NCBI GenBank assembly: GCA_965178125.1
Contig: OZ237746.1
Location: 372,001-436,000, forward strand
Direction of reading: 5' to 3'
Origin: Bilabrum cf. latius
Lineage: Eukaryota
Length of the DNA: 64,000 nucleotides
Each line of letters begins with the position of its first letter. The stretch's first letter is position 1. The position numbers and the translations under genes are program-made. A model generated the notes under the pieces. It saw only the letters and a program-made list of their open reading frames with translations. It was not told the DNA's origin and did no database searches. Positions 24,713 to 36,629 of the stretch are shown here, piece by piece.

Positions 24713-27700
24713 ATGGCAGCAAATGCGTCCATGTGGCATATGTCGCCCCAGCAAGGTGAGCCCCTCCGAGCCGTTCCACACTACGTTTGCAGCACTATCA
24801 CTGCTATCGTGGGTCAGTCATTGGCAGCTACGGTGTCTGGGTGACTTCAAAGTGCGGTTGATAATCATGTTGGTGCTCAGGCAGCTTATATTGGCCACAT
24901 ATGCCCGAAACCAGACTACTTTGTCATGGCTACGCAAGCTGCTGCCGAGTTGCTGCTATGTGTCAAGATTGAATGTTCTACTCAGATTGGTAGTCGAACT
25001 GTTATAGTGTGTATTCGTAGATACGAATGAGCCACTCCCATCAGTGCGATAGTTTCTCTGCTAGTAGCCTCGGGCATCGGTTTCGTGCGATTCTGATCGT
25101 TTCCGCAGGCGCTGCTAAAGGATCTCAGAAGACAACAGCTTCCCATCTTCCTGTGCGAAAGTACCGACGAAGACGGCACAGTACTGAGGGTGGCCGCAGT
25201 ACTCTGGGCAATGCGGCTCGCCGCCAAATCCACGCCTCTTTGCATTTGCACCGCGGTACGCTGGGCGTCCAGGATCCCAGGACTGGAGAAGGCACCGTCC
25301 GTCCGCGAGGAGGCGGTCACGGAATAAACCATTATCAAAGCAGCCATTGGCTCTCGAAAGAAGCGCTGCACAGGAGGAAGACCGCCCATGACGCGCTGCC
25401 GATCGGCCCGCACCCTCTCAAGAGCCAAATTCGGGTACCGAAGCCGCTGCTCAGCGACAGCAAATACAAGCTGCCCAAACCATACATGCAAGTGCTTGCC
25501 GAGGCAAAGGGCGTTCCCCTGGAGGTCATGGCGGAGCGCCGCGCGGCAGCCTCTCGTCACACTATCGGGAAAGAGCCGAACTGGCATTCTGCTCACTTGC
25601 GGGCCGGGCAGCATGGGGGTGACCACCACGGCGGTGTGGCCGGAGGGAAGAAGCCTCAACGCAGGCGGCACTCGATCGATTCCGTCGACTCGCAGGCCAG
25701 GCTCTACCACCGCGGGGGCAGGCGTCGATCAGGAGGAGCAGGCGTGCTTGGCCCAGATGGAGACGAGCACGGCTCCAAATACCCGCACTACCACCACGGA
25801 CACGGACACGACCCGCACGTGCCCATGCGATCCACGGGGGCTCCATACCTGAAGAAGTTTCCCGGGGTGCATCAGTAGGGGGTGGGGCACCACGTGCCTC
25901 GGTATGGGCATGGGGCTGGACACGGGGCTGGGCATGGGCATGGGGCTGGGGCTGGGGCTGGACACGGGGCTAGGCAGTATGGGCACGAGGAGCACAAGAG
26001 CCCGATGAGAGGCGAAGTAGGACACCGGCACGGGGGCTTCAACCCCCAAAGTGCATCGCACGGTAGTGCGCGGCTGGGGCACGGGCTGGGCGCCAGCATC
26101 GACATCACGCAGGCCCACGTGGACCCAGGGGCCAAGGTAGTCGAGCTTGAGGCGGGGCTGGGCAGCATCAAGAAGGCAGCACAGGCACAGGGTGCAGTGC
26201 ACGAGGGTGGTGCGGTGCCAGACCCGAGTGCACTGCATGGTAGTGCGAGCCAAAGGGACGCGCGGTCCCCCGAAGGCAAGGACCCTGTGTACAAGGGACC
26301 CGCAGGCACCGTGCAGCCCTACGGGACCGCTTAGGGGGCCAGGAGCGGCAGCCGCCACCCGAGGCAATCCACAGCTCCGGGCGAGACAATGGGTGGCCCC
26401 GGTGACGGACTTGGTCTATCGCCTAGGGGCAGTGCCGGTGCTGGTGGCGGTGCTGGTGCTGGGGGCTCCCGGCATGGTGTCCCATCGCTGAACTTCTCCG
26501 TGTCTCCCTCCCTGTTGGGCTAGGGGATCGGGGCTGGTGGTCGCCAAGGTGCATCGCACGGTGGTGTTCGGGGGGCCAGGTCTGCTCGCACCGCCCACGG
26601 TACGGAGGGCCGTCGGCAGGGCCTGGGGAACAACGGGGGCTCGAAGGAGGAGCTGCTTCCGCTGTCTTCGAGGCCGCGCGGGCAAGAGCGTGGGGCTATA
26701 GGAGGAGGCGCTGGAGCGGGTGCTCTGGGTCGAAGCGGGCGCGCTGCCATGGGCATGACAACAGGGAAGCACGGATATGGCCATGGGCTTGGCAAAGGTG
26801 CAGGGCACGGTGGTGCAGCGGGGCATGGCCCCAGCGCCACATACCCGCACCCAGGCGGCGGTCCGATCCGGTCAGGGCAGCGTGGCAGCTCTCAGGCGTT
26901 CGCTTCGCCTCGCGACGGTGCAGCGCATGGTGGTGCTGGGGGGGACCGTGACCATGGGTTGGGAGGCCATGAGTCTGCAGCGGACATACACCAGGCGAGG
27001 GGGGCGGCTCTCATTCGGCGCAGCGGCCAGGCAGGTCACGGGGCAAAGCAAGGTGGTGTGCATAGTGGCAAGGGCAAGGACGGTCGCCGTGGTGACGGGC
27101 GGGGTGCTGACAGCAGCCGGGAGCTATTGTCGGAGCTCAATTCGATCGTTAGGGACGGTGATCGCCGTGAGATCATGTCCGAACTCAACTCGATCGTGCG
27201 GGACGCCAGGGGCGAACCAGGCGACCGGCCTGCCCTCGCTTCCCATGGTGCATTGCACGGCGGCATTAGTGCATCGCATGGTCGTGCAGGCTATGCTAGT
27301 GCATACTACGCCTCTCGTTACGGGCACGGCGGCGGCGACGGTCTGTACCGGACAGCAGCCACGAGGATGGAGCAGTGGGACTTCACTGACGAGTACCATA
27401 TCGACGTTTTCTCGATGCGGGTGACGGTGCAGTACGTCAACAGGGGGTTGGGCAGAGGCAAAGGGTCTAGAAGCTCCCACCGCGGCTTTGGCGTAGGGGG
27501 AGAAACGGCTTACTCTGTGCCAAGCAACGGCGGCAGCAGCAGTGGCGGGCACGCAGGTGCATCGGGTGCCAACTCTGTTAATACCAGAAGCAAAGAAACC
27601 TTGGGCGATAGAGGCATAGCTGGCGACGGACCCGAGCTAGATGCTGAGGCACAAGACATGCAAGATTCAGACGTGCTCGGCACGTTGCCGCTGCCAGACC

Positions 27701-30700
27701 ATATGACGGTGTACGGTGTGATCGGAGCGGATGGTGTGGCCAGGTTCGCCACCAACGGCAAGCCAATGCCGCTTGCCGGGCTGCAGCCGCTGGCACAACC
27801 TCTACCGAGTGGTATGCGATACAAAGACATGCGCAAGTTGCCAGCGTCTGGTGTGCGTGTGGGTGACGATGGTGTGGTGGTGGGTCCGGATGGGTCGACT
27901 CTGCCCGTGGGCGCGGTGACGTTCGGCGCTGATGGTGTGGTGCGTGGTCCTGGGGGCAGCTCTGTGGAGGGGGCGGGCGTGCGCGTGGGATCTGACGGCG
28001 TGGCTCGATGGCGCGGGGGCGCGGCTGCGAGCGTGGGTGCGATGAGCCGTCTGTCGGACGGGCGCGTGGTTGGTCCTGACGGGTCCGTGGTGAGCGGGGC
28101 CGGTGCGGTGAGCGTGGGATCGGACGGTGTGGCTCGATGGCGCGGGAGCGGTCTGAGCGTGTCTGTGTCTGGGGTGCGTGTGTGCGCGGACGGCGTGGCG
28201 CGGGACGGGTCCGGGAAGGAGGTGCCGGCCGGCGCGGTGAGCACGTGGTCTGACGGAGTGGCTCGGTGGAGCGATGGGCGGGCTGTGCGTGCGGAGGACG
28301 GCGCGATGATCGGTGCAGACGGTGTGGCTCGCGGGTCTGGGGGGTCGGCGTTGTCTCTGGGTGCGGGTCGTGTGCGCGTTGACGGTGTGGCTTGCGATGC
28401 GGGGGGTCGTCCGTTGCCTGTGCGTCGTGCTCGTGTGGACGGGTCTGGCGTGGCGCTGGGTGCGGACGGGTCAGCGATGCCAGTTGGGTCAGTGACGGTG
28501 GGACCGGACGGAGTGGCTCGGGGTCCTGACGGTGCTGCTCTGGCAGTGGGCGGCGTGTACGTGGGGTCGGATGGGAAGGCTCGATCGTCGGACGGGGGCG
28601 TGCTTCCTGTGTCTGGTGTGCGTGTGGGTGACGATGGAGTGGTGGTGGGTCCGGATGGGTCGACTCTGCCCGTGGGCGCGGTGGCGTTTGGCGCTGATGG
28701 TGTGGTGCGTGGTCCCGGAGGCAGCTCTGTGGAGGGGGCGGGCGTGCGCGTGGGATCTGACGGCGTGGCTCGATGGCGCGGGGGCGCGGCTGCGAGCGTG
28801 GGTGCGATGAGCCGTCTGTCGGACGGGCGCGTGGTGGGTCCTGACGGGTCTGTGGTGAGCGGGGCCGGTGCGGTGAGCGTGGGATCGGACGGTGTGGCTC
28901 GATGGCGCGGGAGCGGTCTGAGCGTGTCTGTGTCTGGGGTGCGTGTGTGCGCGGACGGCGTGGTGCGGGACGGGTCCGGGAAGGAGGTGCCGGCCGGCGC
29001 GGTGAGCACGTGGTCTGACGGAGTGGCTCGGTGGAGCGACGGGCGGTCTGTGCGTGTGGAGGACGGCGCGATGATCGGTGCTGACGGTGTGGCTCGCGGG
29101 TCTGGGGGGTCGGCGCTGTCTCTGGGTGCGGGTCGTGTGCGCGGTGACGGTGTGGCTTGCGATGCGGGGGGTCATCCGTTGCCTGTGCGTCGTGCTCGTG
29201 TGGACGGGTCTGGCGTGGCGCTGGGTGCGGACGGGTCAGCGATGCCAGTTGGGTCAGTGACGGTGGGGTCGGACGGAGTGGCTCGGGGTCCTGACGGTGC
29301 TGCTCTGGCAGTGGGCGGCGTGTACGTGGGGTCGGATGGGAAGGCTCGATCGTCGGACGGGGGCGTGCTTCCTGTGTCTGGTGTGCGTGTGGGTGACGAT
29401 GGTGTGGTGGTGGGTCCGGACGGGTCGACTCTGCCCGTGGGCGCGGTGACGTTCGGCGCTGATGGTGTGGTGCGTGGTCCTGGGGGCAGCTCTGTGGAGG
29501 GGGCGGGCGTGCGCGTGGGATCTGACGGCGTGGCTCGATGGCGCGGGGGCGCGGCTGCGAGCGTGGGTGCGATGAGCCGTCTGTCGGACGGGCGCGTGGT
29601 GGGTCCTGACGGGTCTGTGGTGAGCGGGGCCGGTGCGGTGAGCGTGGGATCGGACGGTGTGGCTCGATGGCGCGGGAGCGGTCTGAGCGTGTCTGTGTCT
29701 GGGGTGCGTGTGTGCGCGGACGGCGTGGTGCGGGACGGGTCCGGGAAGGAGGTGCCGGCCGGCGCGGTGAGCACGTGGTCTGACGGAGTGGCTCGGTGGA
29801 GCGACGGGCGGGCTGTGCGTGTGGAGGACGGCGCGATGATCGGTGCAGACGGTGTGGCTCGCGGGTCTGGGGGGTCGGCGCTGTCTCTGGGTGCGGGTCG
29901 TGTGCGCGTTGACGGTGTGGCTTGCGATGCGGGGGGTCGTCCACTTCCCATGGACCCCAGGACCGTACCTGCGAGCCCTTCTTAGGAAGCTAGCAGCGAT
30001 ACAGGAGTTGCGGCTCGTTCCCAGTTAGACACGCATGGAGCTGTGATCGGTGCGGATGGTGTGGCTAGAGACGGATCCGGCAAGCCGCTTTCTGTCCTAG
30101 CCCTGCGATCCGACGCCGAAGGTGTCATGCGGAACTCTGCCGGTGAGGCGCTGTCTGAATCCAACATGAAGATGGATGAAGACGGCGTAGTTAAGTACCC
30201 GAATGGGAGGGCTGTGCCAGCAGCAGCTCTCACTCTGGGGTCGGATGGGATGCTCCGGGGCCCTGACGGGAACGCAATCGCCGGGACTGAGATCACCGTG
30301 GATCGCGCAGGCGTGGCACGTTGGGCAAGTGGTGCTCCAGTTCCCGCCGGTGCAATCTCAATAACACCGGAAGGAACAATGGTGGGGCCCTCTGGAGTGC
30401 CTATTCAAGCTGCCGTGACCGTCGGGCCCGATGGCGTGGCTCGATGGGCTGATGGCAGCCCTGTGCCTGCAGGGGCATTGTACCGAGACGACAGCACGGG
30501 AACGATCAAGGGCCCTGACGGGTCAATCCTCGCGACAATTCCAGAGGCTGACGATGAAGATGACGATTCCTTGGATAGTCCAAGCCGAGGCAGTAGAGGG
30601 ATCCTCTTCAGGATTGGCAGCGATGGCGTTGCCAGGGACAATAGCGGCAAGCCAGCACGAGCCACTGAGGTTGCGGTCGGGCCGGATCGCGTGGCTCGGC

Positions 30701-33700
30701 ACCGAGATGGCACCTCTGTCCCCATCACTCCTGTATCCCTTGATGATGATGGAGTCGCCGTCGATGAGACTGGGAAACCGCTAGGAGTCGGTGCGGTCGT
30801 ACTGTCGGCATCTGGTGCTGCCATCGCAGCTGACGGCAAGGCAGTGTCAATGCCAAAGGTAGAGATGGACGGAGATGGTGTCCTTCGAAACAGCAAGGGC
30901 AAGCCGGTGCAAGTAGGCGCGCTGCTGCCGGTTGAGTCAGATGCCCTGGATCACGCAGCGGTGGTGGTGAACGAGCCCAGCCTGCTGTGGTCCCCAAGCC
31001 ACACTGACCACGTAGGCTGGAAAGAGGGCAATGGGGAAGCAAGTTCTTCTGCCAGTCGCAGTCGCCCTGTGGGCACGAAGCCGTCCGGCATAAAGGGCAA
31101 GGGCAAGGGCAAGGGGTACCGGTACAAGACGGCCGGGAAGGACCTGGTGCCCGACGTGCGAGGATAGCCAGCGCGCGGAATCGGATCCACGAAGAAGGTG
31201 GTCAAACGCAAGCTGGGCCGCACTCAAAGTGGGATTGCCCACGGCTTCAGGCGAAACGTTGCATTCGGCAGCTCATACCACGGCCCGTCGGACGTTGCCC
31301 ACTCTGGTCTGCCAGCTGCAGGCAGTCCCAGCGGCCCAGGGTACATCTCGCAGGAGGCAGCGAATGGCGCCGATCGCGGTCCGTCGGGCGGTCGCATCTA
31401 CCCGCCAGGGCACCCGCTCGCATCTTTGGTAAACAATGCTGGCAGTTTCAGGTTGGATAGGTCTGCCGATAGTAGGGGGGCGAAAGGCAGTGCGACTGAA
31501 TCGACTGAGGACGGCTAGAGCTAGGCATCCAAGGAACGGGGCGGTCCTGGGTCTGAAGATGCCAGCAATTCTTCATCAGGGGCTAATCTTAAGGCTTCTT
31601 CGAAGAGAACCTATCGCAGAGGGCATGGTGTGGCGGCTGCTAGACGAACCGCCCACTGGGGCTCCAGCGGTGCTTTCCCTCACTTTTCAGTTGCTCCTGG
31701 CGAGACATCGTATGCTGCAGACGGCAGCGGGAGCCGGAGCTAGGGCGAGGATCAGCGAGTAGGCTCAGCGACGGGCGCGCCCAGGCCGCCGAGCCGCGCG
31801 CCGCGCCCCCCATCGCACGGCTCGGCCCGCGGCTCCACCCCTGGCAGGCCCGGGCGACGCATGTACCACGCCTCCTCGAGGGCCGAGCTCAATGCCGTGC
31901 TGGAAGAGGCGAAGAAGGGCGGCGCAGCCGGGTCTGGTGATAGAGCACTCGGGGACGGGCCCGAGCCCGAGAAAGAAAGAGAGCCGCCGGGGACCGGCTC
32001 GGGTGCTGGTTCCGAAGCAGGGTACAGCTCCGAGAAGGAGAAGGAACACGAAGCAAAGGCCATCCAAAGCGACGCTCTCGTCACGATTCCTATCAGCCTT
32101 CTGGGCAAGCTCGCCTCAAAGGCCACCAAAGCGAAGAAGAAGAGAAGGGAGTCGCAGGACGGCAGCCGGCTGAAGACGCCCAAGGAGCGTTCCCGAGACG
32201 AGTGGAGGAAGAAGCTCGCTTCCAGGGACAAGCCCCGCCGCGGGTCTGTCGCCCTGGGTGCTGGCATCGCTGCAGCCGCAGAGGCAGCGGAGGAGGCGCA
32301 TGGGCTGGTGGCCTCCCCTGGAAGCGGTTCACCCTCAGCAGCTGACGTGAAGACTCCTCTCAACACGGTGGCTGGAGACGGAAAGGGCGGGTTCTTTGGA
32401 GGGTCGAGCATCGCTGGCAAAGGAGGGCCGGGGGCGATCAAGCGCTCGAAGTCGGGTGACAACACCGGCGCTGCCAACCCTGACGCCGTGGCAGAGTTCA
32501 GGAAGAAGCTTGGAGGGGGTATGAGCATCGCTGGCCTGGCAGGTGGCATCACCATGCTGAGGAGGAGGGCGAGGAGGCGGATCGAACGGAGGAAGCGGCG
32601 CCACAGCATCGCCAGCGATGTGCAGGCGGGCGCGCTGGTTCGGATCCCGTCTGCTGCTCTCGGGGCGATCGCTCGCATGCAGGACAAGGCGAAGCGCCGC
32701 AAGTCGAAGATGGAGCAGGAGGCTGCCGCGAAGAAAAAGGCTGCCGCTGGTGCAGCCGTTGCCGAGCATACGGCATCGTCAAGCGACGAAGAGGGCGGCC
32801 CGCATGCCACCGGCAAGGGCAGACGGAACCGTAGAGGAAGCCGCCCTCTCAATGAGACGGAGCGAAGGGCGAAGGAGCTGTCCGACAGGGCTGCCGCTGG
32901 TGCTGCGGCGGCACTCCCGACAGATGCCGCAGCCGTGCCCGCCGGTCGTGAAGCCCTGCAGTCGAGAGGCGGCAAGCGCGGGTTGGCCGAGGACGTCGTG
33001 GAGGACCCGTCTGCTGCCAAGAAGAAGGCTGCAGAGGATGACGCCAAGCACCTCGCCATGATGCGGAAAAAGCAGGGCGAGACTGCCCTGTTTCGAGTTG
33101 CAATGTCACGGAAACCATTCGCCGGGATTGCCGACCATACCGTGGATAAGCACTACAGGCGCAGGAGCATGCTGGACGCATCCCTGTCTTCAGCGGTGGA
33201 CGACGATGCAGCCACTGCTGCTGCTGCTGCTGCTGCAGGACGCCCGAAAAAGGCAGCCAAACCAAGAGAGCTTCCTGGTATGGCCAGGATCGGCGTACTG
33301 GAACGGGCAAACTCGATCGGGCACCTGCAGCCAGGCCGAGGCTAGGCCATCGGTATCACAAAGGAGCAGTTGCTGGGTCAATCTGGCCCTGCTTCGGGTG
33401 CTGGCGCTTCGTCCTCTTCGTCGAAGGGACCCAGGGATTCCACCATTGCTGCGGAGAAGCTTGCAGCAGCTAGACTTGAGGCCTCCACTGGCAACACCCA
33501 GCACACTGGACTCGGTCAGGCTACTCTCCGCAGGACGTACACGTGGTCAGAGAGTGCGCCGTCGGGAGGCAAGAGCAAGAAGTCCAAATGGGGCTCTCAG
33601 ACTGCCACAACGACCACCACCACAACGACCACAACCACCACCTACGCCGACGGCAAAAAGAAGGTTGACGTGGCAGAGAACAAGGTCGTCAGTCGGAGGG

Positions 33701-34665
33701 ACTCAAACGCAGCGCTGGTGGGCGAAGATGTGGTGCCCCTGACAGAGGATGAGCACAAGGCGATCAACAAGCGCAAGGAAAAGGAGCGCCGCCTCAAGAA
33801 GCGGACCTCGATCGTCATCAAGGACCTCACCGACATCATGCACAGCCGCATCTAGAAGCTCCTGCTAACGCTGAACCACTACGACATGCTTGCAGCGACT
33901 GCGAGTGCGAAACCCGACAGGGACATGGTCGTTGTGGCAGGTGCCGTGTGTATCCTCTTGCGGGTGCCATCGCCATCGTGGCCCATTGCTCGCGAGGTCA
34001 TGCGTTCTCCGCTGTTCGTGTGGCAGGTGGCTCAGGTGCGCCGCTCCCAGCTTAAGGCGCGAGGCATCGTAGTCGCGAAGAAGCTGCTGAGGCAGTGCAG
34101 CTCCGCTGCAGCACCCCTGTACAAGAAAGCAGAGGCAGTCGTCAAGGGACTCGAGGCACTGCCCGACCACATGCTCATCCAGAACAGTAAGGAGGACTAC
34201 GAGAGCCAGGCGGCCGACGTGACTGATGCCGATAGGAAGGGAACCAGCGAGCGCGGCGACAACCTCAAGCTCCGCGAGGTTCTCGTGTACTGGGTGGCCA
34301 AGATGGCTGGTTGGACCCCTTCCGATGCGCGCAACCAGTCAGGAGACGCCAAGGCGGATCGCATCCTCGGTCGGGCGAAGCCCAGCGTGTACATCGAGAA
34401 GAAGAACAGTTTCCTACGGAAGGGCAGCTTCCTCAAGCCTTCGGCATCTGGTTCCACCGCCGCAAGTGGCGGAGCTGCTTCGTCGGATGGCACTGTGTCT
34501 CGCACGAGCGAGACGCGCGTGAAGTATCGGACTGCGGTGGCAGCAGGGGGTGAAGAGCCTGGAGGTCCTGGACTTGATAGTATTGGTGCCAGGAAGGGCA
34601 GTGGGATTGCCCTGGAAGATGTTAAGGCGGTGCATGAGGTAACCGATGCCGCCCTGGGGATATGA
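24713..34665 (+). CDS. ~3200-aa His/Gly-rich repeat protein with a C-terminal dynein-stalk MTBD-like domain; probable intron 24756-25108
   Basis: Eight listed ORFs lie in one frame joined by 10 TAGs and end TGA-TGA. Donor G|GTGAGC and acceptor TTCCGCAG| are phase-compatible. The C-terminus contains LLLTLNHYDM..KPDRDMVVVAGAVCILL..SWPIAREVMRSPLF..VLVYWVAKM. Confidence 0.8.
27847..29941 (+). repeat. Coding tandem repeat, 765-bp (255-aa) unit x ~2.75, built of ~20-aa VGxDGVxR sub-repeats
   Basis: tctggtgtgcgtgtgggtgacgatgg starts at 27847, 28612 and 29377, and the copies are near-identical. Confidence 0.95.
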
Positions 34666-35052
34666 TGAATCAGTCTGGCCGATCCGAGCTGAAAAGTTTT
34701 GCTAGGCCTTTCAAACCGATCGTGGATTCTCGGATGCTTGGCAGACCGTCGCAAACTTGAAGTTTAACTTTCAGGTTTGTATATAGATGATCCGGATTTT
34801 GTCGTTTACAGTCTCAAATCGCCGTTTGGACAACACGGAATTGAATCCGCGAAAGAAGTAGACTAGATCTATACCCGTATGCTCGTATCCCCGTATCCAG
34901 GATCCAGCTTTCAGAGTCGCGGATCCGTACGATAGATCCAGCATCCCTAGTATAGGATTCCCTATCCCAAGATCAGAGGCACTACGCTACACTATAGATC
35001 AGGACCCTTCGACACTTGCATCTCCATTTAAAACACAGACAATTGTCCGTGA

Positions 35053-36449
35053 TTAATCCTCGTCCTTACCACTGTCAGCCGCGAATCGCACCACTGAACC
35101 AGCCCCCACACCTCTCGGGCCTGGCGCACCACCGCCAGCAGACGTGTCCTCGACCTCTGCTTCAGCCTCAGCTTCGTGCCCAGGGTCTGGTGCAAGGCGA
35201 AGGTAGGGCGCAACAGCATCGAATGTGCCCCCAACCAGCCTACCCCTTGCCTCTTCGTCTGAGATCTCGGGCAAGATCACCACGTCCTGGCCTGGCGACC
35301 ACCCCGCGGGAGTCCCCACGAAGTCATGGAGTGTGGTGGTCGTCAGCGACTCCAAGGATCGGAGCAGTTCCTCGGGAGATCGCCCCATGGTAGGCGGATA
35401 CATCATCGAGACGCAGAGGGCCGTAGGACCAAACACCTCTAAGGCTTTCGCCACCACCCCGGGATCACCGGCCGGGAAAGCCGATTTCACCGGACAAGTC
35501 TGCTGCCTGATCACCCGTGCTGCCTATCTGTAGGCCTCTGATCCCTGAGGTTCCCCAGGAACCACTCGCAGCCTTCCCTCGGCGTCTGCCTCGATGCCCA
35601 AGGCCTTCGCCTCCGCATCGGATGGAAGAAGGCTAGCGTTGCCGCTGCTGCCGCCTGCACACTGGGCACTGGAGATTGCCCCGCCATCCGAACTAATCGC
35701 AGCAGCCGCACCCGCTCTGCTTGAATCAGCTGTAGCGCTTCTGGCGGAACCTCCAGGCGCCGCGACGACGGCCGGGGTGACAGGCGAGGAGCTGCCGAGC
35801 CCCGCAGCTGGTGGCTGTACCGCGCTGCTGCCAATACCTCGTTCTACAGGCAGCGACGGCGAGAAAATCTACAGACCCCTGACGCTCTGCCGCCCACCGT
35901 TCGTGCCTGGCAGCTTCGGACAGAGCAGACCTAGCTCTCTGCACAGGCTGGCGTCTTCGTCGGCGATGATGGGAAACTTGATTGTCACGCCTTGGGTGCG
36001 TTCAATATCGCTTGTAAAGTACAAGTGGTCTTCCACTGCGCCAGGCAAATTGAACAAAGCACCGGAACGATAGGCGCAACTGGCCAGACTAGGTACGTAA
36101 CAGGCTGAACGACTCATACGACTCTTTCTCTCACACGAACCGACGCACAGACCTACAACTGCAGCCCCTAGGGCAGTAATGTCGTCAAATTTCTGCGCAA
36201 TAGCCGCGATCTCGGTTGCGCACACTGGCGTTGCATCTTTAGGATACGAGAGCAGGACCAACCTGCAAAGTGGCATCAAGCACCAAAAAATATACTGGAT
36301 GTAGACGGATGCATGCTTATTCTTTTCCGGTTTGACGGACAAGAAGCTTACCACCTCCCTCTGCACAAGTCATGTAGCCGCGTGGTACCCATGGTTGTCA
36401 CCAACGGCCTGTCTCCTATGCTCTCGCCGAGCGAGAGAGAGCGTGACAT
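35053..36449 (-). CDS. PRDX6: 1-Cys peroxiredoxin (Prx6 family); introns 36263-36351 and 36036-36134
   Basis: Spliced product MSRSLSLGESIGD..RLHDLCRGRWLVLLSYPKDATPVCATE..GSLEDH..FPIIADED..MMYPPTMGRSPEELLRSLESL..TPAGWSPGQDVVILPEISDEEA..PYLR. Two TAGs, ends in TAA. Confidence 0.9.
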
Positions 36450-36629
36450 ACTGTGTCCAGACCTAAATTAGTATACTGTACTTGATAAAATTCTCAATTG
36501 TTGACCAGGCGTGCTGCGTTGTGCACCAACCGAGGTTCTTTTCGACATCACGTTTTCGAGTCCGAATCCGCGGTTGAGGAATTCCACTTCAGGTCATTCT
36601 TGCACAGATCTAGAGGCAACACGCACGGT

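Noticed and set aside
1123-33059. Long antisense or alternative-frame ORFs (1123-2931, 14599-15588, 15625-16575, 27578-29944, 31752-33059)
   Set aside because: Shadows of GC-rich or repetitive coding sequence with no domain signal.
10880-35055. Ciliate-type code with both TAA and TAG = Gln
   Set aside because: No in-frame TAA in any traced gene, and four genes end at TAA, three of them shortly after recognisable C-terminal motifs.
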